64,000 nucleotides of DNA from Eledone cirrhosa (GCA_964016885.1 OZ024749.1:17422001-17486000), one strand, 5' to 3'. Counted from the stretch's first letter, positions 1 through 44,357 are shown. Program-made: numbers and translations. Notes: generated by a model from the sequence alone, not told the origin.

Positions 1-2593
1 GTTGGACAACATTGTGACGGCTATGACAGAATCCACGGAGGCTATGGGTTTGGCACTAGAAACGAGGAAGGCTCCAGAATCCTGGAATTCTGTGATGCAA
101 ATAACCTAACTATCTGTAACACTAACTTTAAAAAACGAGACAATCACGTGATCACATACAGATCAGGGGAACATACCAGCCAGGTAGATTATATCCTTAC
201 CAGAAGACGTGACAGAGTGTCTGTTGTAAACACTAAATCCCTCTCCCATGAAGAATGCACCTCCCAACATAGACTGATAATTAGCGACCTCATAGTCAGG
301 ACGAGACGTACTAGACAGCAGAAGAGGACTATCCTCAGGAGAAAAATATGGAAGCTAAAGGACCCCACAGCCAGAAATAAATTTAAAAGCATATTACTTG
401 ATGCATTTGACAGTAAGGAAGAGCAATTAGAGTCGTACAATATAGAGGAACAGTGGGAATTCCTGAAAGCAAACCTGCTGATGGCGGCAGACGAAGTCTG
501 TGGCTGGAGCAGGCCTGTAGGCAGGAGGAGAGTAACATGGTGGTGGAACAGTAAGGTGGAGGAGTCAATTAAGGCCAAAAAGCAGGCTTGGAAAGTATGG
601 CGGGATGGGGGAAGTAGAGAAGACTATCAAGTGGCCAGGAGGGAAGGTCGGAGACAAGTGTACTTCGCAAGAAGGGAAGCAGAGGAAAGAAACTTCAAGC
701 ATGTTCTACAACGCGAGGACCAAAAACGTGAGGTGTTCAAGATTGCTAGGCAATGTGTCAAGGAAAACCGTGATATTGTCGGGGAGAAGTGTGTACTTAA
801 TGATGATGGCGTACTTGCCATCACTGACGCTGATAAGAAGGTAGCTTGGAAGTGTCACTACGAAAGGCTACTAAATGAGGAGAATAAATGGGAGAAAGAC
901 AGTCTCCCCCACATCGACCCAATAGAGGGACCAGCAGTGTTAGTCGAAGGTAGTATAATAAGTAAGGCAATCAAAGATATGAAGACGGATAAGGCGGCTG
1001 GGCTTCGGAAATAGTCGCTGAGATGCTGAAAGCCTCTGGAACGGTGGGACACACCATGGTCACCCGGATAGTAAACCAAGTCATACAGAATGGGGTTGTT
1101 CCGAAGGACTGGTGTAGCAGCATCATCATTAACTGCTACAAGGGTAAAGGAGATGCCCTAGATAGGAGTAACTATAGAGGCATTAAATTAATCGACAAGG
1201 TCATGAAGGTCACGGAAAAAGTAATAGCGCAACTAATCAGAGAGAGAATTGATCTAGATGAAATGCAGTTCGGGTTTGTGTCAGGTAAAAGTACCACAGA
1301 CGCTCTTTTCATTGTACGACAACTACAGAAGTACCTAGCTAAAAGTAAACCCCTATACTTAGCCTTTGTCGACTTGGAGAAAGCCTTTGACAGAGTCCCC
1401 CGTTCCATTATCTGGTGGGCTCTTAGAAAACTAGGTGTTGATGAATGGCTTGTGAGAGCTATACAAGACATGTATAAAGAAACAGTCAGCAAGGTTAGAA
1501 TTAACAACGAATATAGTGAAGAGTTTAGCGTAAAAGTTGGTGTTCATCAGGGCTCTGTTCTTAGCCCCCTACTATTTATTATTGCCCTTCAGGCTATAAC
1601 AGTGGAGTTCAAGACCGGCTGCCCATGGGAACTCCTATACGCAGATGATATAACGCTCATAGCTGAATCAATAGCCAAGCTAGAGAAGAAATTCCAAACA
1701 TCTAAGCACGGCCTAGAATCAAAAGGCCTTAAAATTAACCTGGCTAAGACTAAAGTTCTAGTTTGTAGGAAAGAAAATAAGGCGCTGGTCCCTTCCGGGA
1801 AATGGCCATGCTCAGTGTGTAGGAAAGGCGTAGGTAGAAACCCCATTTTATGTCCCAAATGCAAAGTATGGGTGCATAAAAGATGTAGTGGGATCACAGG
1901 TAAGCTAACTAAGAACATAGATTTTACATGTGGCTGGTGCTCTGGTGCAATAAGTAGCAGCAAGTGCCCACAAATACTAGCTCTTTCAATTGCGCAGAGG
2001 GTTCTATAGAAATAGTGAACAGCTTCCGTTACCTGGGTGGCAAAATCAGCAGTGGGGGAGGGTGCTCTGAAAGTACAGTAGCTAGAGTCAGAACTGGATG
2101 GAAAAAGTTCAGAGAGCTTATACCACTATTAGCCGCTAAAGGGTTCTCCCTAAAAATGAAAGGCAGGCTGTATGATGCCTGCATACGAACAGCAATGTTG
2201 CATGGCAGTGAGACCTGGGCATTGTGTGCAGAGGATATACGCAGACTAGAGAGGAACGAAGCTTGCATGCTCCGCTGGATGTGTAATAGTAATATACGTG
2301 AACGGCAAAGCATAAACGAACTAAGGGAAAAATTAGAAATAAGAGGGATCAGATGTTGTTTACTCGAGAGAAGGCTACGTTGGTATGGTCACGTGATGCG
2401 CATGAAAGACGACAGCTGTATAAAAAAGTGCAGGGCAATAAAGATAGACGGTAGCCATGGAGTAGGCAGACCCAGAAAAACCTGGGACGACCTGATAGAT
2501 TCCGACCTCACACACTTACACCTCTCCAAGACAATGTCACTGGACCGAGATCTTTGGCGGTACTCAGTAATAGAGAAGACCCGCCTTACCTAA
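1..2593 (+). pseudogene. Disrupted EN-RT ORF of RTE copy 1 (ORF pieces 148-1014, 1023-2009, 1964-2593)
   Basis: Versus copy 2: 1-bp deletion near 1003 (GGGCTTCGG vs GGGCCTTCGG), 3-bp deletion near 1328, 1-bp deletion near 1972 (CCACAAATACT vs CCACAAAATACT). Confidence 0.9.
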
Positions 2594-2984
2594 ATACAAA
2601 GTAAAACCTACTACAGTCAGTAGGCATCTCTAACAAAATACACCCCCTTCCCACCACCCCCACCCCATCCACACCGCCCCTTTCAATGTAAAGTTATATT
2701 GGTGCCACAACATCCAGGCCGAAACAAATGAGATCGTGTAGGTGTCACGACAAAAAACACAGTCCACGCTGTAATGTGGCCATGTAGGCAACACAGTAAA
2801 AACCTCCCAGTCCCACACTGTAAATGTGATTGGTGTTAGGAAGAGCATCCAGCTGTAGAAAACCCGCCAGACAATCCTATGCGAGCAAGACAACCACTCT
2901 TGCCTCAAGTGGGAAAACTCCCGTCCAAACCCATGCAAGCGTGGAACATGGACGTTAAACGATGATGATGATGATGATGATGAT
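1..2984 (+). mobile_element. RTE-clade non-LTR retrotransposon (LINE), copy 1; 5' end outside window; 3' UTR and (GAT)n tail
   Basis: APE-endonuclease C-terminal motifs (NEEGSRILEFC, TSQVDYIL, SQHRLI), RT motifs (FVDLEKAFD, GVHQGSVLSP, YADD), RTE-type C-terminus (RRLRWYGHVMR, GRPRKTW), (GAT)n tail 2961-2984; near-identical to 45379-48332. Confidence 0.93.
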
Positions 2985-5022
2985 TAATATATATTGATGG
3001 ACATTTATATGATCATGAAATATATTTGAAATCATTCTCAGAAGTTTTGTATTGTAATTAACAAATACACCCTGAAAAGTACCCCTTCATATTATTTGTC
3101 ATTAAGGGCTCTTACAGAGACACTATCTCATTACATTGTTGAGAGTGGTGGATTTGCAGAATCAGTAGAGTGTCAGACGATATGCTTTGTGTGATAAAGT
3201 TACAGTCCTTTATGTTCTGGGTTTAAATCATGCCATGGTCAACTTTGACTTTCATCCATTCAAGGTTGATAAAAAGCAGTAACAGTAATGCACTGGCGCT
3301 GATTTAATTGGCATTCCCCTTTCTCTTCAAATTGCTGGCCTTGAGTCAAAAGTAGAATCATTTATTTAAAGTCTATAAAACAATAGATAGAATGCTTTCT
3401 GCCATATTTATCCTGGTTCTCTGCTCTCTCAGTTTAAATCCTGCTGAGGTCAACTTTCTTTCGTCCATTCAAGGTTGAAAAAATACAATACCAGTCTATC
3501 ACTGGGGTCTGTTCTTCCTCTTTATATTTCTATCTCACTTGCTCTCTCTCATTCTCTCTCCTTCTCTGGAAGAAATCAACTGTTCCAACCTGGAGCTTCA
3601 AATGTCCAGTGACACCCTTACGACTACATCATTTACAAAAAACATAACATTGATGTGTTTAGATGTGGTTATTTTGTAAACCTTAACTGGTTTATATTTA
3701 TATTTATGACAATATATCCACATGTGAAAATAAAAACAATTTGCATAACTTTAATATTTGTTGATGGTACTTTCATGACAGTCAAAATTTTGACTTTTTA
3801 AAAAAATAATTCACATTTGAAAATACTTTACAACTTTCTTCTCTTTTTCTTCAGCCATTTATTTCTGAGAGGGTTGTAGAGGGTAGAGTCCTCACACACA
3901 CCTCCTAGGTCCTATGTGTGTAAAATTTCCTCTTTACACTACACACACACAACAACACATCACCCTGCACACACACCACATCAAAACACCACACCACACC
4001 ACATACCACACGACAACACATACAAACCAGGTAGTTATACCAACCCAAGTATCTTGACTTTAGTAATTTTTTTTGTAACAAATCTCAACATCTCAGTTCT
4101 TACCAAGTGAAGTGGAACTCAACAGATTGGACCAAGGAAACAATGTTTCCATTGGTCTTTCCAATTGATGATATTGAATCGGATTAGAAAGAAAGAAAAA
4201 AAAATAGAAAAGGCGTTCGAGCCCCAGCAACCAGCCTGGCACCCTAAATAAGTAGCAGTTACAACTACCACCACCATCAACAAGAGGAAGGCAGCGGTGA
4301 CATTAACAACAACATATGTGTATACATCAACATCTTACCAGCAAACACTACCATTAACAAGAACAAGCCAACTCCAGCATCAGTGACAATAACAACAACA
4401 CATGTTTTCAGGATTGAAAGACTCACCTTTAGCCACAAGGTTCTATAAGAAACTGCTAACATGCTCGCATGTGTGTGTGCTGAACTCTGGGTCTTCCCGC
4501 TGGGAACAACCCCCTGTTTTCTTTTTTTTACATTCACCCATTCATTCATTTATTTATTTGCTAACATTCTACCTTCTTGTGCCCCCCCCCCCCCCTCCTA
4601 CATGCACCCCCTTCTTTTCTCTCTTGTCTTCTGACGCCTCCATATCTGATGTAGGTGAGCTATGAGGCCCTCTTATCAGCATTTTCCCTTCCACCCACAC
4701 AATTGGGCCTAGCACCTAGGCTGGTGACAACCAGCCACTCACCCCTGATGCTGCTTGGTGCCCCATGCCCCATCCTCCATACCCACCAATCGCCACCTGC
4801 AACACCACGAATAGACGGAAGAAGGGTTGGAACTGTGTTAGCTTGATGCGTCAAGCCTCCAGTGCCCTCGCAGTGTTGAGAAGCTGAAACTGTCTCTTTG
4901 CCTTGTCTGCCCAGCCATGGCCATCTAGCACACCTCGCTGGTCAACATCACTTGGCTCAGGCGGTGCTGGAAAATCCCGAGAGCAGCCCGGGTGCCGGTA
5001 GCCGATGCCCTCGCTTCCTCTT
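2985..5022 (+). repeat. Duplicated ZNF-downstream cassette (block D), copy 1
   Basis: Colinear similarity to 6766-9310 (+) and to 53262-54660 and 59930-61361/63483-63590 (-): decayed finger, SINE relics, (CACCA)n, AC-rich tandem units, GC-rich retroelement relic. Confidence 0.85.
3143..3360 (+). mobile_element. Degraded tRNA-derived SINE (Nin-domain-like central motif); further relics 3420-3510, 6912-7120, 7188-7270
   Basis: GGTCAACTTTGACTTTCATCCATTCAAGGTTGATAAAA motif and GCTGGCCTTGAGTCAAAAGTAGAA end shared with 6566-6745 and 52918-53030. Confidence 0.6.
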
Positions 5023-5340
5023 CTATGGTGATTATTTCATATTAAGGTGAACATTAATGTTTGTAAATAACATCAGGTGACTTATTCACCTTATAGTTGT
5101 TGTTTTATCACCTGTATTATTAAATATTGAAGTGGTTGTTCAACATTTTACAGGACAGGAAAATATTATTTTAATCAGAAATCAGTGAACATTTAGTTTT
5201 TACTAACTTTTCTTGACTTTATATTTGGTCTTGAGAACTAAAGTACTATTATTTCGTTTTCCATCACAACGCAAACATTGTGAACTTTTCTACCTGAAGT
5301 GAAATATCTTGTTTATTACAACACGTACACACATATTTCT
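5023..5340 (+). repeat. Conserved non-coding block upstream of ZNF ORFs (block U), possible 5' UTR exon/regulatory region
   Basis: Reverse-complement matches at ~48655-48945 and ~56215-56505, each upstream of a ZNF paralogue; conserved acceptor-like TTTTWCAG/GACAGG at ~5146-5159. Confidence 0.65.
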
Positions 5341-5645
5341 ACACACACACATCTCTCTATCCCCCCCCCCTCTCACACTCTCTCTGATTGAATTATATAT
5401 ATATATATATAATATGCGCTTGAATTTTCTTAGTCGAAAATCAGTCTTGAGCTGTCATATGTCTTATTACTTGTACCAACTAAATGCTACATTACAACTT
5501 TGTAGAAGAAGAAAGCGGAGTTCTGCAGTCTTTTATGGACCCTTTGTATATTAGACTACATAGCTTAGATTAACGATATCTACATTTCTTAATATATAAG
5601 TAAAAGTGGTGAGAATCCTTTATGTAAAGATCTCTAGCTAGAAAT

Positions 5646-6197
5646 ATGTCTGAATATAGCTGTGAGATTTGCAGAAAAACTTTCCCTTCAAAACTGAAAC
5701 TAACGTCACATGAGAAAATACACACAGGAGAAAAACCCTTCAAGTGTGAAATATGTGGCAAGTATTTTGTCTCCAACAGTGGCTTGAAAAGATATAGAAC
5801 AACACACACTGGTCAAATACCCTTCCAATGTGAAATATGTGGGAAATGTTTTTCTCAGAAGACCCATCTTGGAGTTCACAAAACAACACACACTGGTGAA
5901 AAACCCTTCCAATGTGAAATTTGTGGAAAATCTTTTTCACATATTGCTAATTTTGTAAAACATAAAAGAATACATACAGGAGAAAAACCTTTTCCATGTG
6001 AAATATGTGGGAAATCTTTTTCTCGTGGTTCTAACCTTGTAGAACACAAAAGAATACACACTGGAGAAAAACCCTTCCACTGTAAAATATGTGGAGAATA
6101 TTTTACTTATAATTCTAATCTTGTCATCCACATGTGGAGTCATACTGGAGAAAAACCCTACCATTGTGAGAATGATTTCCAGCATATTTCACCATAA
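5646..6197 (+). CDS. C2H2 (Kruppel-type) tandem zinc-finger protein, 6 fingers (finger 2 His->Tyr), 7th finger truncated
   Basis: Repeated CxxC-x12-HxxxH with TGEKP linkers; no KRAB/SCAN/BTB visible; may be the last exon of a spliced gene. Confidence 0.88.
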   Translation: MSEYSCEICRKTFPSKLKLTSHEKIHTGEKPFKCEICGKYFVSNSGLKRYRTTHTGQIPFQCEICGKCFSQKTHLGVHKTTHTGEKPFQCEICGKSFSHIANFVKHKRIHTGEKPFPCEICGKSFSRGSNLVEHKRIHTGEKPFHCKICGEYFTYNSNLVIHMWSHTGEKPYHCENDFQHISP

Positions 6198-6316
6198 TAA
6201 ATGTTGTACAGCCAACCATGTTACTCTTCATTCTTTCACTATATATATATATGTATATATACCTCACTCAAGCGGAAGAAATATACTGACATATATCAAA
6301 GATTACCACAATAACT

Positions 6317-6545
6317 AGGCAGCGGAGGACAATATATGCTGGACATTGCTACTGAGGGTAGGATGACCTGATGAGCTGGTTCCTGTGGTGGATAACTAAA
6401 CATTGTAAGACCCTAGTGGGATGACCAAGATTGACCCACATAGATTGGATGTCTCTGGATGTCCAGCTGGAGATTAATGATCTCAGGAATGCCATGGAAG
6501 ATTATGACATCTAAAAAAGAAGAGTAGAATTGTTCTGGCCAATCC
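6317..6545 (+). mobile_element. Old LINE 3'-end relic (RTE-like C-terminus); paralogue at 54663-54850 (-)
   Basis: Translates to ...VG*PRLTHIDWMSLDVQLEINDLRNAMEDYDI*KKRV, resembling the GRPxxTYIDxLxxD...AMEDRxxW end of LINE ORF2; (AAT)-rich tail follows. Confidence 0.5.
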
Positions 6546-6565
6546 ACCTGACCTAATAAATAATA

Positions 6566-6745
6566 ATTGTTTCTACTTTTGGCACAAGGCCAGCAATTAT
6601 CCAGTACATTACTGGTACTTTATTTTATCGACCCCGTAAGGATGAAAGGTAAAGTCAACCTCGGCGGGATTTGAACTCAGATCATAAAGGGACGTAACTC
6701 TATGCTTCAAAGCATTGTGTCCGACTCTCTATCGATACTGCCAAT
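6566..6745 (-). mobile_element. tRNA-derived SINE, well-preserved copy
   Basis: Minus strand B-box-like GAGTTCAAATC followed by CGAGGTTGACTTTACCTTTCATCCTTACGGGGTCGATAAAAT and GGCCTTGTGCCAAAAGTAGAAAC end. Confidence 0.75.
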
Positions 6746-7724
6746 AAATAATAATAATAATAATAATATATATTGATGAACATTTATTATGGTGAAATAT
6801 GTTAGAAATCATTCTCAGAGGTTTTGTATTGTAATCCACAAATACTCTCTGGAGGAAGTTCCACTTCATATTATTTGTCATTAAGGTTTCTTATAGAGAC
6901 TCCTCATTGTTGAGGGTGTTGTATTGGCAGAATCAGTAGAGCGTCAGACCGATATGCTTTGTGTCATATAGTTACAGCCCTTTACTGTGTGTTAAATCCT
7001 ACTGAGGTTATCTTTACTTTTCTTCCTGAGAGGTTCAGTAAAATAAAGTACCAGTAATGCACTGGGGTTGATTTAATCAACTTTCTCCTTCCATTCAAAT
7101 TGTCAAAAGTAGAAACATTTATTTAAAGTCTATAAAACAATAGATAGAATGCTTTCTGCCATATTTATCCTGGTTCTCTGCTCTCTCAGTTTAAACCCTG
7201 CTGAGGTCAACTTTGCCTTTCATCCATTCAAGGTTGATAAAAAACAATACCAGTCTATCACTGGGGTCTGTTCTTCCTCTCTATATTACTATCTCACTTC
7301 CTCCCTCTTATTCTCTCTCCTTCTCTGGAAGAAATCAACTGTTCAAACCTGGAGAGTGAAGGGCTCCACCAAGCTTCAAATGTCCACAGTGACACCCCTA
7401 CGACTACATCATTAATAAAAAAAAACATTGATGTGTTTATATGTGATTATTTAGTAAACCTTAACTGGTTTATATTTATATTTATGACAAAATATCCACA
7501 TGTGTAAATAAAAACAATTGCATAACTTTAATATTTGTTGGATGGTACTTTCATGACAGTTCAAATTATGACTTTTTAAAAAAATAATTCACTTTACAAC
7601 TTTCTTCTCTTTTTCTTCAGCCATTTATTTCTGAGAGGGTTGTAGGGGGTAGAGTCCTCACACACCCCTTCTAGGTCCTATGTGTGTAAAATTTCCTCTT
7701 TACACTGCACATCATCCTGCACAC

Positions 7725-7995
7725 ACACACACAACATATCACACCACATACCATACCACACCACACCACAACACACACCACACCACACCACATACCACAC
7801 CACAACGCACCACATACCACACCACACCACACCACATACCACAACACACCACGCCACAGCACAACACACACCACACCACACCACATACCACAACACATCA
7901 CACCACATCAAAACACCACAACACACCACACACCACACCACATACCACAACACACCACACCATACCACACCACACAACATACCCCACCACAACAG
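7725..7995. repeat. (CACCA)n/(ACACC)n degenerate pentanucleotide microsatellite
   Basis: Direct reading; shorter versions at 3940-4020, 54085-54120, 60460-60560. Confidence 0.9.
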
Positions 7996-8329
7996 ACATA
8001 TACAAACCAGGTAGTTATACCAACCCAGTATCTTGATTTTAGTGATTTTTTTGTAATAAATCTCAACATCTCAGTTCTTACCAAGTGGAGTGGAACTCAA
8101 CAGATTGGACCAAGGAAACAATGTTTCCATTGGTCTTTCCAGTTGATGATATTGAATCGGATTAGAAAGAAAGAAAAAAAATAGAGAATATATTTATTTG
8201 CCGTTGTGTTGCCAAACGATGCCAATAGCCATTGACCTGCATCTTTGGTCAAGAAGGCCATTGGAGCGTCACTCGCAGAAGCTGATATAGCAGCCAGCTT
8301 GACAGCCGATATAGGAAGCACCAACAATT

Positions 8330-8712
8330 ATCACTACCATTAACAAGAGGACCGGCAACGACAGAAACAGTGACAATAACAACGACCCCGCATCTTCGGT
8401 TAAAGAAGGCGTTCGAGCCCCAGCAACCAGCCTGGCAGCCCGAATAGGTAGCAGTTTCAACTACCACTACCATTAACAAGAGGAAGGCAGTGACAGCAGC
8501 GGTGACATTAACAACAACAACATATGTGTATACACCAACAACTTACCAGGAAACACTACCATTACCATTAACAAGAGGAAGCCAACTCCAACATCAGTGA
8601 CAATAACAACAACATATATGTGTATACACCAACAACTTACCAACAAACACTACCATTACCATTAACAAGAGGAAGCCAACTCCAGCATCAGTGACAATAA
8701 CAATAACACACA
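8330..8712 (+). repeat. AC-rich ~80-95 bp tandem minisatellite within block D
   Basis: CCATTAACAAGAGG recurs at ~8337, 8470, 8565, 8659; homologous arrays at 4270-4400, 53390-53750, 59930-60140. Confidence 0.8.
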
Positions 8713-9089
8713 TGTTTTCAGGATTGAAAGACTCACCTTTAGCCACAAGGTTCTATGAGAAACTGCTAACATGCTTGCATGTGTGCGTGCTGAACTGTGG
8801 GTCTTTCTGCTGGGAACAACCCCCTGTTTTCTTTTTTGTATATTCATCCATTCATTCATTTATTTATTTGCTAACATTCTACCTTCTTGTGTGTCCTCCT
8901 CCATGCACCCCCTTCTTTTCTCTCTTGTCTTCTGACGCCTCCATATCTGATGTAGGTGAGCTATGAGACCCTCTTATCAGCACTTTTCCTTCCACCCACA
9001 CAGTTGTGCCTAGTACCTAGGTTGGTGACAACCAGCCACTCACCCCTGATTCCGCTCAGTGCCCCACGCCCCATCCTCTATCCCCACCA

Positions 9090-9742
9090 GTCGACACCTG
9101 CAGGACCTCGCATAGTGGAGATGGAGAAACTGTCTCTTCGCCTCGTCTGTCCAGCCACGGCCATCTAGCACACTACCAGATGAGGAAAGCGAGCTTGCCT
9201 GATGCCCTAGCATTGTTGGTCATCATCGCTCGGCTCAGGCGATGCCGGAAGATACCACTCAGGATCCCGGGAGCAGCACGGGTGCCGGTAGCCGATGCCC
9301 TTGCTTCGTCGATTGGGAGTGCCCTGGAATCAAATCGAACCAGCGACTGGGTGCGACTCTTCTAATTTGCCCCACTCGACTTCGGCCTCCCCATCTCTGG
9401 TGCTGTCCGGGCCAGCCGGTCGACAGCAGCCTTTGTCAAGGCCAATGTTTCGTCCTTTGGGCAAGTGCCCATTCCAAATGTGCCTAAGGATACCACATAC
9501 CCTGCTCTCGGTTGCCCCCAATCCTCCACCCCTGAGACCAGCACCAAGCGTTTGCGTGACTGTGTAAATGCCAAATTAATCAGGGGTCATGTCTCGGCTG
9601 CAGTCAGAGTGGTTGCCTCAGAGGACACTGTCCTCCAACCCACTGAGGAGGTCCTAGCTGCTCTGCAACTCAAGCACCTTGAACCACTCGCTGATCTCAG
9701 ACCCATAGCCCCACCCAATCCCCACTTGCTCCTTGTAGCTTC
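9090..9742 (+). mobile_element. Fragment of CRE-like (early-branching non-LTR) retrotransposon ORF, region N-terminal to RT; shorter paralogue 4865-5020
   Basis: GC-rich; peptides RIPGAARVPVADAL...SDWVRLF and VNAKLIRGHVSAAVRVVASEDTVLQPTEEVLAALQLKHLEP resemble the KL..G....A.R...S....L..L..KHP motif preceding CRE-type RTs; frameshifted; family call from memory. Confidence 0.45.
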
Positions 9743-9942
9743 NNNNNNNNNNNNNNNNNNNNNNNNNNNNNNNNNNNNNNNNNNNNNNNNNNNNNNNNNN
9801 NNNNNNNNNNNNNNNNNNNNNNNNNNNNNNNNNNNNNNNNNNNNNNNNNNNNNNNNNNNNNNNNNNNNNNNNNNNNNNNNNNNNNNNNNNNNNNNNNNNN
9901 NNNNNNNNNNNNNNNNNNNNNNNNNNNNNNNNNNNNNNNNNN
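9743..9942. other. Assembly gap (200 N), probably a fixed-size scaffolding join
   Basis: Run of exactly 200 N. Confidence 0.98.
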
Positions 9943-41965
<32,023 letters not shown>

Positions 41966-41983
41966 TATGTATATATAAACTTA

Positions 41984-43170
41984 AAAAATGAAACGAAATT
42001 TCATTTCCCACTCTTAGTACGGCTGTTATATAAATATAAGCATGTACACGTACATAGATATATGTATACAGACGTACAGTAGTATGTACATATATATACA
42101 TACATGCACACATATATATATATATGTACGTATGGATTCACCGACCATTTATTATAATGTTCGGTGTGTTTGTAAACAAACATCCCGTATTAAGCCGTAG
42201 TGTCTAGCAACCATCCTTGCTCGTTTGTTCAACACTGACAAAGGAAAGCTGTACTAGTTTCAAGCTTATTAGCTATCGTCAGCAACGTATACCTTCCTGC
42301 CAGATTGTTGAACGTATATACTTACCTTATGCATATTAACGGCTGAGTAGCCCAATTTGCATATCGAGTGGGTTATTCGGCCGGGTGCACCTAAAACGAT
42401 AAATGGAAAAAATGAAACGAAATTTCCTTTCCCACTCTTAGTACGGCTGTTACTTAAATATAAGCATGTACACGTACATACATATATGAATAAAGACGTA
42501 CAGTAGTATGTACATATATATACATACATGCACACATATATATATATGTACGTATGGATTCACCGAACATTTATTATAATGCTCGGTGTGTTTGTAAACA
42601 AACATCCCGTATTAAGCCGTATTGTCTATAAACTATCGTTGCTCGTTTGGTCAACACTGACAAAGGAACGCTGTACTAGTTTCAAGCTTATTAGCTATCG
42701 TCAGCAACGTATACCTTCCTGCCAGATTGTTGAACGTATATACTTACCTTATGCATATTAACGGCTGAGTAGCCCAATTTGCATATCGAGTGGGTTATTC
42801 GGCCGGGTGCACCTAAAACGATAAACGGAAAAAATGAAACGAAATTTCCTTTCCCACTCTTAGTACGGCTGTTACTTAAATATAAGCATGTACACGTACA
42901 TACATATATGAATAAAGACGTACAGTAGTATGTACATACATGCACACATATATATATATATGTACGTATGGATTCACAGAACATTTATTATAATGCTCGG
43001 TGTGTTTGTAAACAAACATCCCGTATTAAGCCGTATTGTCTATAAACTATCGTTGCTCGTTTGGTCAACACTGACATTACATTTCGTAGAAGTGGGCTGA
43101 CCATTAATAAGAGATGCCAAATTCTTAGTTTTGTCCCTCGTAACAGGCTTATTTATATTTGGTGCGAGTA

Positions 43171-43212
<42 letters not shown>

Positions 43213-44357
43213 AGATTGAGAGAGGGACGTATATGATAGAGAGAGTGGGGGTGATAGCGATATAGAGGGCCGAGAGAAGCCATTTTTATGAATACTGGAA
43301 AAACTTTCGGCCAAAATGGTAGCGGGAAGATTATTTAGAACAAGCGTGGAGAAGATTATTTAGAACAGTAAGACAGAATTATAGAATAGCAATTATGAAG
43401 TAGGATTTGGATTGTGGGCGATTATTGATATATGAATGAAGAAGTGGACTGACCATTAATAAGAGTTGACAAATTCTGAGCTTTGTCCCTCGTAATAGGC
43501 TTATTCATATTTGGTGCGACTAGGGAATGAGAGAGAGAGCGAGAGATTGAGAGAGGGACGTATATGATAGAGATAGTGGGGGGGGGGGGTGATAGCGATT
43601 TAGAGGGCCGAGAAAAACCATTTTTATGAATCCTGGAAAAAGTTTCGGCCAAAATGGTAGCGAGATGATTATTTAGAACAAGCGTGGAGAAGATTATTTA
43701 GTTTCAAGCTTATTAGCTATCGTCAGCAACGTATACCTTCCTGCCAGATTGTTGAACGTATATACTTACCTTATTTCTTATTAACGGCTGAGTAGCCCAA
43801 TTTGCATATCGAGTGGGTTAATCGGCCGGGTGCACCGAAAACGATAAACGGAAAAAATGAAACGAAATTTCATTTCCCACTCTTAGTACGGCTGTTATAT
43901 AAATATAAGCATGTACACGTACATAGATATATGTATACAGACGTACAGTAGTATGTACATATATATACATACATGCACACATATATATATGTACGTATGG
44001 ATTCACCGACCATTTATTATAATGCTCGGTGTGTTTGCCGTAGTGTCTAGCAACCATCCTTGCTCGTTTGTTCAACACTGACAAAGGAAAGCTGTACTAG
44101 TTTCAAGCTTATTAGCTATCGTCAGCAACGTATACCTTCCTGCCAGATTGTTGAACGTATATACTTACCTTATGCATATTAACTGCTGAGTAGCCCAATT
44201 TACATATTGAGTGGGTTAATCGGCCGGGTGCACCGAAAAGGATAAACGGAAAAAATGAAACGAAATTTCCCACTCTTAGTACGGCTGTTACTTAAATATA
44301 AGCATGTACACGTACATACATATATGTATACAGACGTACAGTAGTATGTACATATAC
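41984..44357. repeat. Satellite/minisatellite 2, ~422 bp unit, ~4 units, interrupted by satellite 1 at 43075-43700
   Basis: Unit starts AAAAAATGAAACGAAATTTC at ~41984, 42407, 42829, 43852, 44250; TTAGCTATCGTCAGCAACG at 42269 and 42691 (422 apart). Confidence 0.92.
43075..43700. repeat. Two monomers of satellite 1 duplicated from ~41070-41680, embedded in satellite 2
   Basis: Shared diagnostic variants (GTGGGCTGACC, GATGCCAAATTCTTAG, long G run, CGAGATGATT). Confidence 0.9.

Larger units (their letters stand above)
6766..9742 (+). repeat. Duplicated ZNF-downstream cassette (block D), copy 2 (longest), cut by assembly gap
   Basis: Colinear with 2985-5022; starts with decayed finger GGTGAAATATGTTAGAAATCATTCTCA. 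Confidence 0.85.

Noticed and set aside
189-2313. Antisense ORFs overlapping RTE (also 45562-47545) and ZNF ORFs
   Set aside because: Shadow frames; recurrence reflects near-identity of the copies
6368-6400. CTGATGA hammerhead-like start
   Set aside because: No stem II-GAAA-stem III follows; lies in a LINE relic
7671-8036. His/Thr-rich and Cys/Val/Trp-rich ORFs
   Set aside because: Translations of the (CACCA)n microsatellite
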